Positions 33,080-45,500 are shown, numbered from the stretch's first letter. The stretch: 64,000 nucleotides of DNA from an uncultured Planctomycetaceae bacterium (GCA_963785305.1 CAWAUV010000001.1:1-64000), one strand, 5' to 3'. Program-made: numbers and translations. The notes: generated by a model not told the origin, from the letters alone.

Positions 33080-33841
33080 TCATTTCCCCAGTTCGGCCAG
33101 CGCTCCTTCGAGCGGAGCGCTCGAAATCTGGAGCAGACCCTCGAACGGCTGGTCCAAGTCGACAATCAGAAACACCGCCCCCGAGACCGACAACGCGCAC
33201 ACGAACAGCGCCACGAGCACCGTGGCATTGGGTGGGGCAAACATGCTGAAACTCGTGAATAGCACGAACAGCCAAAAGGCCAGCACCGCCAAAAAGGCGC
33301 CCGGCAAGGAACTCTCTTCGTATTGGGTGAGCTGCCAGCGGTTCCGCGCAAGTTCGCTGGCGATCTGCGTGGCCTGGGCCAGGGTCGAGCGTTGAAATTC
33401 GTCGGTCGGTTTCAGCATCCGGAGCGAGTCGTGTACCGCCGACGCCTCGGCGGTGATACGCGAATCGCGGAGGCTCACGGGGCGGCTCCGATCGGCGGGC
33501 CACAGACGCTGGATCATCGCCCGCACCGCGCGACGCAGTTCCGCGCGGGTTTCCGCCGCTTCGGGCCCGTAGTGGGCCAGACCGCGATCGAGCAAAATAA
33601 TATTGGTCGCGAGCTGCTGGAAGCCGCCGGCCTCCGTGTCGAACGAGTTTTTGGCAGTGCCCACGAGCAGGCCCAAGATCAGCGCCGCCATGGTCGCGAC
33701 CAAACCCGTGGCGAGCTTCACCGCGTCTTTCGACTCCGGCCGGCGGTGCGACTCGGGCAAATAGCGCGCCAGCAACAGTCCGGCGCCCACGCCGACCACG
33801 GAGCAGGCAAATACGATCGTGGCCATGATCAATGCGTTCAC
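33080..33841 (-). CDS. DUF4239-like membrane protein
   Basis: GLVATMAALILGLLV, LLDRGLAHYGPEA, LIVDLDQPFEG. Confidence 0.8.
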   Translation of the reverse strand: MNALIMATIVFACSVVGVGAGLLLARYLPESHRRPESKDAVKLATGLVATMAALILGLLVGTAKNSFDTEAGGFQQLATNIILLDRGLAHYGPEAAETRAELRRAVRAMIQRLWPADRSRPVSLRDSRITAEASAVHDSLRMLKPTDEFQRSTLAQATQIASELARNRWQLTQYEESSLPGAFLAVLAFWLFVLFTSFSMFAPPNATVLVALFVCALSVSGAVFLIVDLDQPFEGLLQISSAPLEGALAELGK

Positions 33842-34069
33842 TGTCGCCTCCGTGATAACTCATGGTTCCCGAGATGTTCGGAGTCCCCATTGCTGATCGC
33901 TCCGCCGCGCGCGAGCCCATCGCTGGGCGTGGTGATTCGGCGGGCGCGGCGCATATCAACGCCGCCGCCCGATGTTTATAATCACGTTACGCCGCGGCGG
34001 CAACGCGTCGTTCATCGAACGCGATTGTGCTCGGCCCGGGTTTTGCAAATAGCGCCAAGGTAAGCAAAC

Positions 34070-34869
34070 ATGACTAGACGAGCTCCACGAATCGGACCTG
34101 CCCGAGAGGCTCGCGGCTTCGAGCGACGGCGATTGTTGGCGGGCGGTTTGTCGGTGATCGCGTGGTTCTTCGCCGCGGCGATCTCCGCGAGCGAGCCATC
34201 GCCCGCGGGGGAGTCTTCGCCCCCGCCCGCCGCTTTCGTCGCCAAATCGCGAATTTTGTTTCAGGGCGACTCGATCACCGACGGCAATCGCGGGCGCGGG
34301 CCAGACCCGAACCATATCCTGGGCCATGGCTACGCATTCCTGATTGCCGCCCGATTCGGCGGACATTTTCCGGAGCTCGAGCTCGACTTCATGAATCGCG
34401 GCGTGAGCGGCAACACGGCGCCCGACCTGGAAAAGCGTTGGCGGCAAGACACGCTCGAGCTGAAGCCCGATCTTTTGAGTGTGCTGATTGGCGTGAACGA
34501 TCTGGGCCACGGACTTCCGCTCGATCAATTCGAACCGACCTACGATCGTCTGCTCGGCGAGGCCAAGGCCGCGAACCCGGCGATTCGGCTTGTGCTTTGC
34601 GAGCCTTTTGGGCTTCCGACCGGCAAGCGCAAGGAGACCTGGATCTCCTGGTCCGAGGGACTGCGCCGCGGCGCGAGATCGTGGCGCGACTGGCGACGAA
34701 GCACGGCGCGGCGCTCGTGCCCTTTCAGCAAACGTTTGACGAAGCGGCGAAGCGCGCCCCGGCCGAATATTGGATTTGGGACGGCGTCCATCCGACTTAT
34801 CGGGGCCATCAGATCATGGCCGACGCGTGGGTTCGCGCGGTGCACGCCCACTGGACCGGCGCCCCCTAG
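34070..34869 (+). CDS. SGNH/GDSL hydrolase; frameshift near 34670
   Basis: FQGDSIT, NRGVSG, LIGVND, and DGVHP in the second frame. Confidence 0.9.
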
Positions 34870-34941
34870 CGATTTGTCGAAATGCGTGTCGGTCGTGTCG
34901 CCCGTGCCCGGGCGGCGCCCATTCCCCGTCAATGAAAAGCC

Positions 34942-35856
34942 GTGAACACAATGGCGACCGCCCAGGAGTTCGATCTGCTGCTCGTGATGACTCGCATGGG
35001 CAATGATCTCGGCGCGGCGCTCGCCGAGTTGGACGGCGTGCTTGCGAAGCTCGACGCAATACTCGCGGAGAGCGCCGCCCGACCGCCACGAGTTTGTCGG
35101 GCGAGCGATGTCGGCGCGGCGCTCGATCTTTTGGCTCGGGGCGCTGCGCCGAGGTGGATTGTCGTGTTGCAAAGCTGGCCCGGCGAGATCCTGCCCGCGG
35201 ACGTCGATCACTTGCGCCGCGCCGCGCCGCTGGCCAGAATCCGCGCGGTCGTGGGAAGTTGGTGCGAGGGTGAAACCCGCTCGGGAAAACCTTGGCCAAG
35301 CGTGCCGCGAGCGTCGTGGAGCCATTGGGCGGCGACCTTGGCCCGCGAGCTGCGCGACACGGCTCAAGATCGAGCGTCGCCCTGGAGCTTGCCGGCGACC
35401 GCTTCGGCGGAAGAAGCGCTGCTCGCCGCAATCGATCCGCGCGGGCCGGCGCCCAGCATTGGCGACACATCGCCGGGACTGCTGATTGTCGCCCGGGAGC
35501 GTGAAACTCGCGAGGCCCTGGCCGATGCCGCCGCGGCTCGCGGCTACCGCGCGCGCGCGATCGCGTCGCCCGCGGATTGGTCGAAATCATTCGCGGCGAG
35601 CGATGCGTCCGCCGAGCCGCGGTCTTGGAACCCCGGCGCGATCCTGTGGGACACGACGCCCGCCGTGGTCGGAGATCGAAATATCGTCGAGCGCGTGTCG
35701 CGGGCGGCGGCCGGCGCGCCGGTGCTCGCGATGGTTGGTTTCCCTCGCGCCGACGATGCGCGCGCGCGCGAGGCGGGAGTCGCGGCGCTGGTCGCCAAGC
35801 CGTATCTTCTCGACGATCTTTTCTGGCGCGTCGAGCAAGTGAGTGACCGCGCGTGA
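34942..35856 (+). CDS. Hypothetical protein with receiver-like folds
   Basis: The C-terminal segment ILWD...LAMVGFPR...AGVAALVAKPYLLDDL resembles a CheY-like beta3-to-alpha5 region. Confidence 0.6.
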   Translation: MNTMATAQEFDLLLVMTRMGNDLGAALAELDGVLAKLDAILAESAARPPRVCRASDVGAALDLLARGAAPRWIVVLQSWPGEILPADVDHLRRAAPLARIRAVVGSWCEGETRSGKPWPSVPRASWSHWAATLARELRDTAQDRASPWSLPATASAEEALLAAIDPRGPAPSIGDTSPGLLIVARERETREALADAAAARGYRARAIASPADWSKSFAASDASAEPRSWNPGAILWDTTPAVVGDRNIVERVSRAAAGAPVLAMVGFPRADDARAREAGVAALVAKPYLLDDLFWRVEQVSDRA

Positions 35857-35866
35857 GTCACGCGGA

Positions 35867-37372
35867 TCATGCGGCTCGCGCTCGACGCTCGTCGGCCTCG
35901 GCGCGTAAGGGCGGCAGGCGGAGCGCCGTCGGGGCATGGTCGTCGACAATTTCCAGTCGCGTTGCCTTTGCTCGGCAAACCAGCACGCGAGCGCACAAAG
36001 CCAGCATCAACAGCGCAGTCCAGGTGAGATGCCCATAAGCTTGCAACTGCTGATGCGCCGCTCGGCCGATCACATCGCCACATGCGACCGCGTTGCAAGC
36101 CAAGAGCGCGAGCCCGACGCCGATCCACGGATCGCGACGGCGATGCACGAAATCAACACAGCAATAGCAGGTCGCCGGCAACAGGAAACAAAAATGTTGC
36201 ACACTGCTCATCGGCGAGAGCAGCAACATGGCGGCGAGCACGGCGCCGCCTTGGCCCAGGGCGGCAAATGCCCGCTCGTCGTCACTCGCCGCGCGAGACC
36301 GCCGCGGCCAGGTCGCCAGGAGCAGCAGCAAGATCACTGCCAGATCGGCCGCGAGCGTCGCCGCGCGAAGCCCGGCCGGGCCAAGCGAGATCAGACTCAC
36401 GTCCCAGCGAATGCCTTGCTCCGGCTCGACCGGCGTGCATAGGCGATAAAGCGTGCCCGAGAGGCCCTGATTGAGCGGATTCCACGCGGCCCAGGATCCG
36501 GCCACGTCGGGCGCCGCGCCGACCTCGACCTTGGCGACGAAATTGTGATACCACGACGCCACCCACCAGCCGCCCGCGCACGGGGCCAAAAGACATCGGG
36601 CGCGAGCGTGGCCGCGGTCATGCCGAGGAGCATTGCCATGACCGCCCGCCATTGTCGTCGCCAGGCCAATACCGGCAGGAACAACAGCGGCGTCGCCTTG
36701 GCGGCCGTGGCGAGGCCGGCGAAAAGGCCGAGCGAACTTTGTTTGTCGCGCGCCCAAGCCATGATCGCGAGCATGGCGAACAGCAGCACATGGAAATCGT
36801 GGCCCTGATAGGCAAACTGCGAAAGTTGATGGCGCACCGTGAGCAGCGCCACGAGCCCAACGCCCAGCCAGAATCGCCGCCGCTGGGCCCACGACGATCC
36901 CGGCCAACAGTGTGCGGGCACAGCCGCGCGAGCCAAGCGGGTCGTCATGGCGATGATCGCCGCGAGCATGCCGAAGTTCAACATGGACCAGCTCACGCGC
37001 GCCGCGCGATCCGGTAAGAGCGTGAGCGGCAGCGTAGGGCAACGCCATGAACGGCGGATACGTGAATCCGGGCGGGTCGTCGGGGCGATAGAATTGCTCG
37101 CCCCGGAGCAGCCGCTCGGCCGCCTTGCGATACACCGGTGTTTCGCCGAGCCGAGCCGAGGGAGCGGTCAACAACAGCGAGATCACCAGGGCAGCGGCGA
37201 CGCCGCCGAGCCAGAGGGCGCATGTCCGCCAGTGGCGGAACCGATGCGCCGCGGCGGCGAAAGTATCATCGGCGCGAGCCGCATTGCCGAGTTCCGTTTC
37301 GGACGCGACGACGCGGAAGCGATGCGAGGTCGCCGGGGTTCGATGCGGCGCCGTGGCTGCCGGCCCCGCCAT
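35867..37372 (-). CDS. GT87/DUF2029-like polytopic glycosyltransferase; several frameshifts
   Basis: VYRKAAERL..Y..FTYPPF, KATPLLF, NQGL, LLLSPMS..HF across ORFs 35867..37450 and 36397..36996. Confidence 0.8.
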   Translation of the reverse strand: MAGPAATAPHRTPATSHRFRVVASETELGNAARADDTFAAAAHRFRHWRTCALWLGGVAAALVISLLLTAPSARLGETPVYRKAAERLLRGEQFYRPDDPPGFTYPPFMALPYAAAHALTGSRGARELVHVELRHARGDHRHDDPLGSRGCARTLLAGIVVGPAAAILAGRWARGAAHGAPSTFAVCLSGPRFPCAAVRHARDHGLGARQTKFARPFRRPRHGRQGDAAVVPAGIGLATTMAGGHGNAPRHDRGHARARCLLAPCAGGWWVASWYHNFVAKVEVGAAPDVAGSWAAWNPLNQGLSGTLYRLCTPVEPEQGIRWDVSLISLGPAGLRAATLAADLAVILLLLLATWPRRSRAASDDERAFAALGQGGAVLAAMLLLSPMSSVQHFCFLLPATCYCCVDFVHRRRDPWIGVGLALLACNAVACGDVIGRAAHQQLQAYGHLTWTALLMLALCARVLVCRAKATRLEIVDDHAPTALRLPPLRAEADERRARAA

Positions 37373-37593
37373 CGCCCTGCCGCCGGGCGCGAAGTTCGAG
37401 ACATCGTAAAGCCCATGAATGCTTGAAGAGCGCCATGGCCCCCAGAGCATTCGACCGGCTACTGGTGCCCATGCCCAAGCATCGGACCGCTCGAACCGAT
37501 AAATCCAGCACGGTCATCGTGCGCGATAAACTCTGGCGAGATTGCCTAGAGCGCCGGCGGCGAGAGCGCCGCGAGAGAGCCTTCAACAGGCTG

Positions 37594-38279
37594 CTAGCGT
37601 TGGTCTTGCCGCGAGACGATTTCAAGAACGGCGCCCGAGGCCGGATCGATATGCACGACGCGCACCTCGGCGCCATCGAGCAGTTCGATCGTCAAGACAA
37701 TCGCCTCGCCCTGTTTTTCGGCGTAGGCATCGAAGGGTCGGGCATGCGACATTTTTTGCATTGCGGTATCGATGGCCGCCGGAATCGTGGTGGCGAACTT
37801 CGAACATGCGGTCTCGAGCTCGATCTCGCCCGGCGATTCCGGGTCGGGCGCCCGAGTTCGACGATCTTGCCGCCCACGGCGTCGATGACGACTTCTTGAT
37901 GTTCGCCGCCGGAGGTGAAGATTTCAACGACATAGAGCGGCCGCGAATCCTCGACCTTGAAATAGGCCTCGACCACGCGACCGGCACCGATTTTGTCGCG
38001 CGCGATTTTCACCGCGTCGACCAGCGCGAGCTTCGTTTTGACGAGTGCCCGCCGCACGGTCACTCCGTCAGGCGCCGCGACCGTGACCGATGAAACATTG
38101 CTCGTCGCGACGGAGCTCGCCGCGATGATGCCGCCCGAAGCGTCGGTCGCTTGGATAGTGGGCGATTCGATCGCCACGGGCCGCGACTTGCCGCCGGTTT
38201 CCTCGCCCGAGCCACCGAGCGGAGAAATCGCGATTGCGAGCACGGCGACACCGATCATGGCAAGGATCACTCTTCGCAT
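37594..38279 (-). CDS. Secreted protein with two PepSY domains; frameshift near 37850
   Basis: Signal peptide MRRVILAMIGVAVLAIA; first domain LVDAVKIA..YVVEI..VIDAVGGKI. The shifted frame gives TTIPAAIDTA..LTIELL..VHIDPASGAVL, ending at TAG 37594. Confidence 0.75.
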
Positions 38280-38426
38280 CGTGACCTCCGTGGCCGGCCG
38301 CAGTGGCGCCATGAGCAATGTGTAATTGAAAAATCCCGCTGTTGCATTTTTTTCCGCGGTGGAAGCAGAATATTCGGAGGACGAAGGTCGCGGCGGAGGC
38401 AACCTCGATCCAGGGGCAATCGGCGA

Positions 38427-38609
38427 TTAAGCCGGCGTTCGCAATCGAAGTTGTTCTTCCCAGTATCCGTACTGCGGGTCGCCCACGCGAAACGCGAACA
38501 CCGCGTCGGGCAGACGTCCTTCGGATCGATCCCGCGAATGGACCCGGACCAGCACCGCGCCGTCGCTGCGACGCTCGACATCCCAGGATTCTTGCTCGGC
38601 GAGTATCAC
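38427..38609 (-). CDS. Small hypothetical protein (60 aa)
   Basis: GTG start and protein-like composition (WDVERRSDGAVLVRV..LPDAVFAFRVGDPQYGYWE), co-oriented with its neighbours. Confidence 0.55.
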   Translation of the reverse strand: MILAEQESWDVERRSDGAVLVRVHSRDRSEGRLPDAVFAFRVGDPQYGYWEEQLRLRTPA

Positions 38610-38913
38610 GGTTCGGCCGGGTGGGCTTGAGTAGCGGGAAAGCGTCGTTTGCTAGGACAACGCTTTGTTCCAGCATTTTGCCAAATCTAGGCATGTAACT
38701 CTAGTTCAACCCGAGAAAACTTCCGCTCGAATCGACCTCGGGAATGTGGAAAAGCGCACAAAGGCGCGCCGCGAGGCCGATATTTTCGGGAAAATGCCCA
38801 AAATGCGTTCTGATTGCCCGGCGGAACCGGATTTTTGGGCAATGTTAGCAAAACGCCAACAAGCGTGCACTCGGGGGCCGGTTCATACCCGCGGGAATAG
38901 GTTCCCGGCACTA

Positions 38914-39789
38914 TCAACTCAGCGGCAACACATCGACCCACACGGTCATGCTATGGTGGCCGCCGCCAATAACTACCCCCTTGATCGGGCAAACATCGCT
39001 GTAGTCGCGCCCCCAGGCGAGCGAGATATGCGACGTGCCGGGAATGACGTTGTTCGTGGGGTCGAAATCAACCCAGCCGGCCTCGCCGCAATATACGCCT
39101 AGCCACGCGTGGGAGGCATCGGCCCCGATCAACCGTGGTTGGCCGGGCGGAGGTATCGTGAGCAGGTAGCCGCTCACATAGCGCGCCGCCAGCCCCAGCG
39201 CTCGTAAACAGCCGATCTCAAGATGCGCGAAATCCTGACACACTCCCCGCCGTAGCCGCAGCACTTCTTCCAGCGGTGTCGAGATCGTGGTGGCGGTGGT
39301 GTCGTAGCGGAATTCGCCGTGGATGCGTTCGGTCAGCTCGAGCGCGGCGGCGAGTATCGGCCGGCCGGGCGTGAAGCTCACGAGCGCATATTCAGCGAGG
39401 TCCTTGTTGGCATGCACATGGGGCGAATCGTAGCAGAACTGGCAGGCTTCGAGCACGCGGGCAAAGTGTGGCGCTCGCAACTGGTCGCGCAGCGTTTCCC
39501 AGGGGGGCGTATCGCCGGGCTGAAGCGCGGCGAGCGGGGCGATATGCACTTTGCTGACGGCGGTCACCGTGAGCCGCGCATGCAGCTCTTGAATGGCGAA
39601 ACTCGTTACATGATTGCCGAAGTAATCGATCCGCCGCTCGATGATATTGGGCTGTGGCTTGATCAGCAGCCGATTATAGGCGCAAGCCTGATATCCCAAG
39701 TCGCGCGGCGTGAGATGCACCTGATTATGGCACACCGGCGCGGGATCGCTGTAGTTGTACGTCGTCGTGTGGGTGACTTTGTATCGCAT
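38914..39789 (-). CDS. Transglutaminase-like protein with bacterial N-terminal domain
   Basis: YKVTHTTTYNY, DYFGN, and the Cys-His-Asp triad GVCQDFAH, SHAW, DPTN; GRDYSDV. Confidence 0.93.
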   Translation of the reverse strand: MRYKVTHTTTYNYSDPAPVCHNQVHLTPRDLGYQACAYNRLLIKPQPNIIERRIDYFGNHVTSFAIQELHARLTVTAVSKVHIAPLAALQPGDTPPWETLRDQLRAPHFARVLEACQFCYDSPHVHANKDLAEYALVSFTPGRPILAAALELTERIHGEFRYDTTATTISTPLEEVLRLRRGVCQDFAHLEIGCLRALGLAARYVSGYLLTIPPPGQPRLIGADASHAWLGVYCGEAGWVDFDPTNNVIPGTSHISLAWGRDYSDVCPIKGVVIGGGHHSMTVWVDVLPLS

Positions 39790-39831
39790 GACCGCGGCAG
39801 TTCAAGGAGCCAAGCGCAATCGCGCTCCAAG

Positions 39832-42391
39832 TTACATCGGGTTGATCGGCCGGATATCCGACATTTGTTGCGACAGCCCGGCATGGATCAAATAGCTACG
39901 AGCCAGACTGTCCGAAAGATTTCGCAAATGAGTCGCCAGTCGGGTCAACAGGCGATCGAGCTTGTCGCGCATGCCGTCGCGGTCGGCTTCGCAGAGCGAA
40001 TCGACTTCCGCCAGGCGCAAGCTGGTGAGCGCCGAGAGCATGATCCGCTGCTCGGCGCTCCGCATCGGATTCGACGAATCGTAGGGCAACTCCTCGACAT
40101 GGGCGCCGAGCGCCGCCAGTTGAAAGCCGATCGATCGCGGATTCGATTCATCGCACAGCAAAAGATCGACCACCGGCGCCAATTGCAGGGTCGTGAGATA
40201 GCGGGCCCGATAGGTCATCGAGCTATCGGCGATCTCGAGCAACGCTTCGAGCACCGGAGTATCGTCGCCGCGAACTTGAATCAGCGTGGACTTCAAGAGC
40301 CCGCAGGTGTGCAGCGAACGCTCCAGCCGCCGGCCGATATCGAGAAAGCGCCAGGCCTGGGTGCGGGTCATGCTTTCCATGCCCAAACCGCTGAAGGCGG
40401 CGAGGTTGATGATTACCTGGTTGAGCAGGGTCAAAATGTCGCCCGCTTGAATATAAGCACGCGGCAGCGACGGCCAGCGCACGTCTTGATCGACACGGCT
40501 GAGAATTCGCCAGCTATCGAGCGAGATGCGATCTCGCACGATCGAAGCGGCCTGGCTCATGGCGGTGAGCGTCGAGCGCAAACTGCCGGGGCGAGAGCTC
40601 TCGAAGATCATTGAAAATATTTGTTCCTCGAGCTGCTCGGGGTCGAGCGCGCCGCGCCGGCCTCGGCCGCCGATGCTTGACCGGTGGCGGCTTGCATGAG
40701 AATGCCGAGCTCGGGCATGTTGTCGGGCTCGGCTTCGCTCGTCACGCGGCCCAGAATGCTGCGCAAGAGCCGCACCGCGCCCTCGGCCCGTTCGACCTGC
40801 CGGCCAAGCCAATACAGATTGTCGGCCACGCGGCTAGGCAGTTCGTTGCCGCTGCGGCGCAGGGCCAGCAATTGGCCGGCGGGGTGCAAAAGCGAAACGG
40901 CTTTGACCGGTCCGTCGGAGAGTACCCACACATCCTTGCCGCCCTCGCCCGGCGAGAGCGATTCGGTGCTCATTTCCTGCGAAGTCGAAACGCGGCTGAG
41001 GCCGCCCGGCATCACCGAGTAGCCTTCGCTCGACGTGACGGCGAACACCCTCAGCCCGACATGCCACGGCTGGAGCGAGCGCCCGTTCCACACCGCGCGC
41101 AGGAACGAAACACTTTTTCCTGACCCACGAAATCGCGCGGCTGATGACGAATGCGGGCCGCGAGTCGGTTAAGTTCATCGGCCGAAAGCCGGTCGCCGAA
41201 GATCGGTTCGCCGCGATGCGAAAATGCCGGCTTGATCACGAGCCGCGGCAAGTTGTCGAGCACATAGCGCAAGTGGTCGGGCTTGCCGCACCACCAAGCG
41301 GGCACGCTCGCGAGCTTGAGCGGTTCGCCCAAGAGGCTTTGACACAAATCGGGCAGCAGCGCCATCCAGGCTGGCGCTTCGACGAGTCCGCTGCCGAGCG
41401 CGTTGGCCAACACCACGTTTCCCATGCGGACCGCTTGCACCAAGCCGGCCACGCCCAATGTCGAGTCGCCGCGCAGCTCCAGCGGGTCGCAATCCTCGTC
41501 GTACAATCGCCGCAAGATCACATCGACCGGCAACAGGCCGCCGAGCGTCTTGAGAAACACGCGGTTGTCGCGCACCGCCAGGTCGCCGCCGGTGACCAGC
41601 GTGTAACCCAGATAGCGAGCCAGATACGCGTCCTCGAAATAGGTGCTGCTTTGCGGGCCATGGCTCAAGAGGACGATGCGCGGATTCTCGCGATGCTGAT
41701 GCGCCAGGTCGTGCAAGGTCTCGCGCAGGCTCATGAAGAACGAAGCCAGCCGCTGCACCTGACAATCATGAAAGATATTGGGCAGCATCCGCGAGATAAT
41801 AATTCGGTTCTCGAGCGCGAAGCCAGCCCCCGAGGGCGCTTGGGTGCGATCGGCCAGCACGGCCCAGGCGCCATCGGGCCCGCGGGCCAAGTGCGCCGCA
41901 TAGAGGTGCAGCATCACATCCTTGGGCACATGCAGCCCATGGCAACTTCGCAGGAAACCGCCATGCGCGAAGACGAGATCGGGTGGCACGAGCCCTTGTT
42001 GCAACAGCCGCTGCGGGCCGTAGAGATCGACCAGGAGCATGTTGAGCAATCGCGCCCGTTGCGCGAGACCAACCGCCAGCGACTGCCATTCGCCGGGGGT
42101 CATCAAAAGCGGCGCCGGATCGAGTTCCCAAGGGCGATACAGAGCCTCGGGCCCCGATTCGACATTGTAGGCGATGCCGTTTTCGTAAATCAGCCGCTTG
42201 GCCGACTCCCAGCGACGCTCGATCTCCTCGGGGCCGAGCTCCTCGAGCGCCGGCATGAACTTCTGCCACTGCGGCCGCAGCATGCCGGGAGCGCTAAACA
42301 GTTCGTCGTACACGCCGGGCAGCGGGTGATATGAATCGACAAGATGAGCCGGCGCCGTACTCCCGCCAGAATTGGGCGCTGCGATGGTCAT
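39832..42391 (-). CDS. Circularly permuted ATP-grasp protein fused to an alpha-E domain; frameshifts near 41110 and 40660
   Basis: YDEL, QAPSGAGFALENR, EDAYLARYLG, DPLELR, NALGSG, VMPGGL, GGKDVWV, then LPSRVADNLYWLGRQVERAE and GRRLER..NPRSI. Confidence 0.9.
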
Positions 42392-42598
42392 CAAGGGCTC
42401 AATCGAATGGGAGAGGGCTCGGTGCTCAGGGCCTTTGAATCGCGGCGGGGCTGGAGCATCGTCCGCGGCGCCCGCGGGCCCGCTCTCGAATCCTAATGGA
42501 AAACCCGGCGGCCGAAAAGTGGATCATGGGAGCCAGCTTCGATTCCAACAGGCGATGGGCGTGAATTGAATGGCGTTCGCGTCCCGCCGCCGGCATTC

Positions 42599-45500
42599 TT
42601 AGGGCCGCGAAGCCGGGCGGCGCCGCATGTCGAGCGTCAGCGGAAATTCGGCGTCGATCTCCACCGGCGGGGTCGCCACGGGGCCCGGAGTATGCCCCAT
42701 CTTGAAGAATCTCGAAGCGCGGCGGCTCTCCGCGGCAAACGCATTGACCGGGAACGAGCCCGAGTTGCTTCCGCCCGGATGCGATACATGCCACGTGCAA
42801 CCGCCGATCGATCGCTGGCTCCAGGTGTCGATCAGGTCAAACACCAGCGGCGCGTCGACCGGAATCGTGGGATGCAAGCAACTCGGCGGTTGGTAGGCCC
42901 GATAGCGCACTCCCGCCACATATTGCCCCACCACGCCGGTCGGATGCAGCGGCACGCGGCGGCCATTGCAAGTGACCACGTGCCGCGGATCGGTCATGCC
43001 CTCGACTTTGACTTGCAGTCGCTCGAGCGACGAATCCACATAGCGGGCCGTGCCCTGCGAGCTGCTTTCCTCGCCGAGCACATGCCAAGGCTCGATCGCA
43101 TGTCGCAGTTCAAGATGCAATCCGCGCTTGTCGAGCTCGCCGATCAACGGGAAGCGAAATTCATGGTGCGGGGCGAACCAGCGATCGTCGAACGTGTAGC
43201 CCGCGCGGCGCAATTCATCGAGCACATCGGAAAAATCTTGCCCGACGAAGTGCGGCAGCATGAAGCGGTCGTGCAAGCCGGTTCCCCAGCGCACGAGCGG
43301 ATGTTCATAGGGCATTTTCCAAAACCGCGCGATCATCGCCCGCAGCAACAATTGCTGGGTGAGGCTCATTCGCGCATGCGGCGGCATTTCAAACGCGCGA
43401 AATTCGATCAGCCCCAGCCGGCCGGTCGACGAGTCGGGCGAAAACAGCTTGTCGATGCAAAACTCGGCCCGATGCGTGTTGCCGGTCAGGTCGACGAGCA
43501 AATGGCGGAACAATCGATCCACGAGCCACGAGGGAACTTGACCGTGGTCGGGAATTTGCCGCATGGCGATTTCGAGCTCGTACACGCTGTCGTGCCGCGC
43601 TTCATCCACCCGAGGCGCTTGGCTCGTCGGCCCGATAAACGCGCCCGAAAACAGGTACGAAAGCGAGGGGTGATTGTGCCAATAGGCCACGAGGCTGCGG
43701 AGCAGATCGGGCCGGCGCAAGAGCGGGCTATCGGCGGGAGTGGCGCCACCGAGCACGATATGGTTGCCGCCGCCGGTGCCGGTGTGTTTGCCATCGAGAT
43801 TGAATTTTTCCGTGCCGAGCCGGCTAAGCCGCGCGTCTTCGTAGAGCCCCTCGGTGATCGTGACCAGCTCGTTCCAGGTTTCGGCCGGATGGACGTTGAC
43901 TTCGATCACGCCCGGATCGGGTGTCACCTTGATATGCCGCAACCGCGGATCGTGCGGCGGGGCGTAACCCTCGATCATGACCGGCATTTGCAATTCGGCC
44001 GCGGTCGATTCGATGGCCGACACGAGCTCCAGATAATCTTCCACGCGGCGAACCGGCGGCATGAAGACGAACATGCGTCCCTCGCGCGCTTCGACACAAA
44101 GCGCCGTGCGCACGATGCCCGGGCACGGTTGGCCCATTTGCAACGCGGCGGCCGTTTGCGCGTCGAGCTCCGCGACCGGGTCGCGCAACGCTTGCTCGGC
44201 CGGGTCGCCGTATTCATATCCGGCGCCCGCGCCGCCGCCATGCGCGCCGCCATCGGCCGCGCCGACCATTTGCCGGGCTTGGCGATGCAGCGGATGCCCG
44301 TTGGCTTCCCGCGAGCCGGCGGGCCAATTGCCCGAACCGTTGCCGGCCGAACCGTTGCCGGCCGAACCGTTGCCGGCCGAACCGTTGCCGGCCGAACCGT
44401 TGCCGGCCGAACCGTTGTCTCCCGATCCGTGAGCGTTGCGACGTGAACCCCCGGGAGTGTATCGGCCGTTGTCGAAATCGGAGCCACGTCGCGGCGGCAG
44501 CGGACCGCGCGGCGCGAACGGGTCGACATCGGCCAATTGGGTCGGGTCGGGAACATCCCACGGCAGCGAGTCGAGCGGCAGACGCAAGCCCATCGGCGAA
44601 TCGCCGGGAAAGAGAAACATGTTTTCTTGGCGGAAGAACCATTGGCCGCTTCGCCAGCCGCCGCCCATCGGTTCGAGCGGCAGCGCATAGCCCACGACCG
44701 ATCCCAAGCCGCGCTCGAAGACGCGGGCCAACCGCTCGCGTTCGGTTTTGTCGGTCAGCCGGCTTTGAAGCGGGTCGACATTCGTCGGCAGCCGCCGCTC
44801 GCGGGCAATGTAGTGCCAAGGGTCTTCGTAAGCCGGAATCGCGTATTCGCGCTCCAGCCCCAGCCGGTCGGCCAGCGCGGCGACGAATTGGCTCGCCTGC
44901 CGCTCGTTGAAACCATAGTCGTGTGAAAAGTCGGCGATCAGGTTGGGATTTTCCCACGCCGGCTGGCCATCGGTTCGCCAGTAGCACCCCAGCGCCCAGC
45001 GGGGCAGCGGCTCGCCGGGATACCACTTGCCTTGGCCGTAGTGAATGAATCCGCCCTCGCCGAAGCGTTGTTTCAGCCGCAGCAGCAGATCGGCCGACAA
45101 GCGGCGCTTATTCGGCCCCAAGGCGGCGATGGTCCATTCCTCGCCGTCCATGTCGTCGATCGAGACGAATGTCGGCTCGCCGCCCATGGTGAGCCGCACA
45201 TTGCCCGCCGACAGGTCGGCGTCGACGGCGCGACCGAGCGTTTCGATCTTGAGCCATTCGTCCTCGGTGTAGGGTTTCGTGACCCGGGCGTCTTCGCGCA
45301 CTCGGGTGATGCTCATTTCGAAATCGAATGTCGATTCACACGACTCGCGCGAACCGGTGATCGGGGCGGCGCTGGGTGGATCGGGCGAACAGGCCAGCGG
45401 AATATGCCCCTCGCCGGCAAATAGGCCGCTCGTGGCGTCGAGGCCCACCCAGCCAGCGCCCGGCAGGTACACTTCGGCCCAGGCATGCAGGTCCGTGAAA

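Noticed and set aside
42566..44446. Long opposite-strand ORFs (also 3254..4711, 11322..12779, 21765..23267, 22804..24219, 39319..40614)
   Set aside because: They are antisense shadows of well-supported genes. Such ORFs are expected in high-GC DNA and they show no family motifs.
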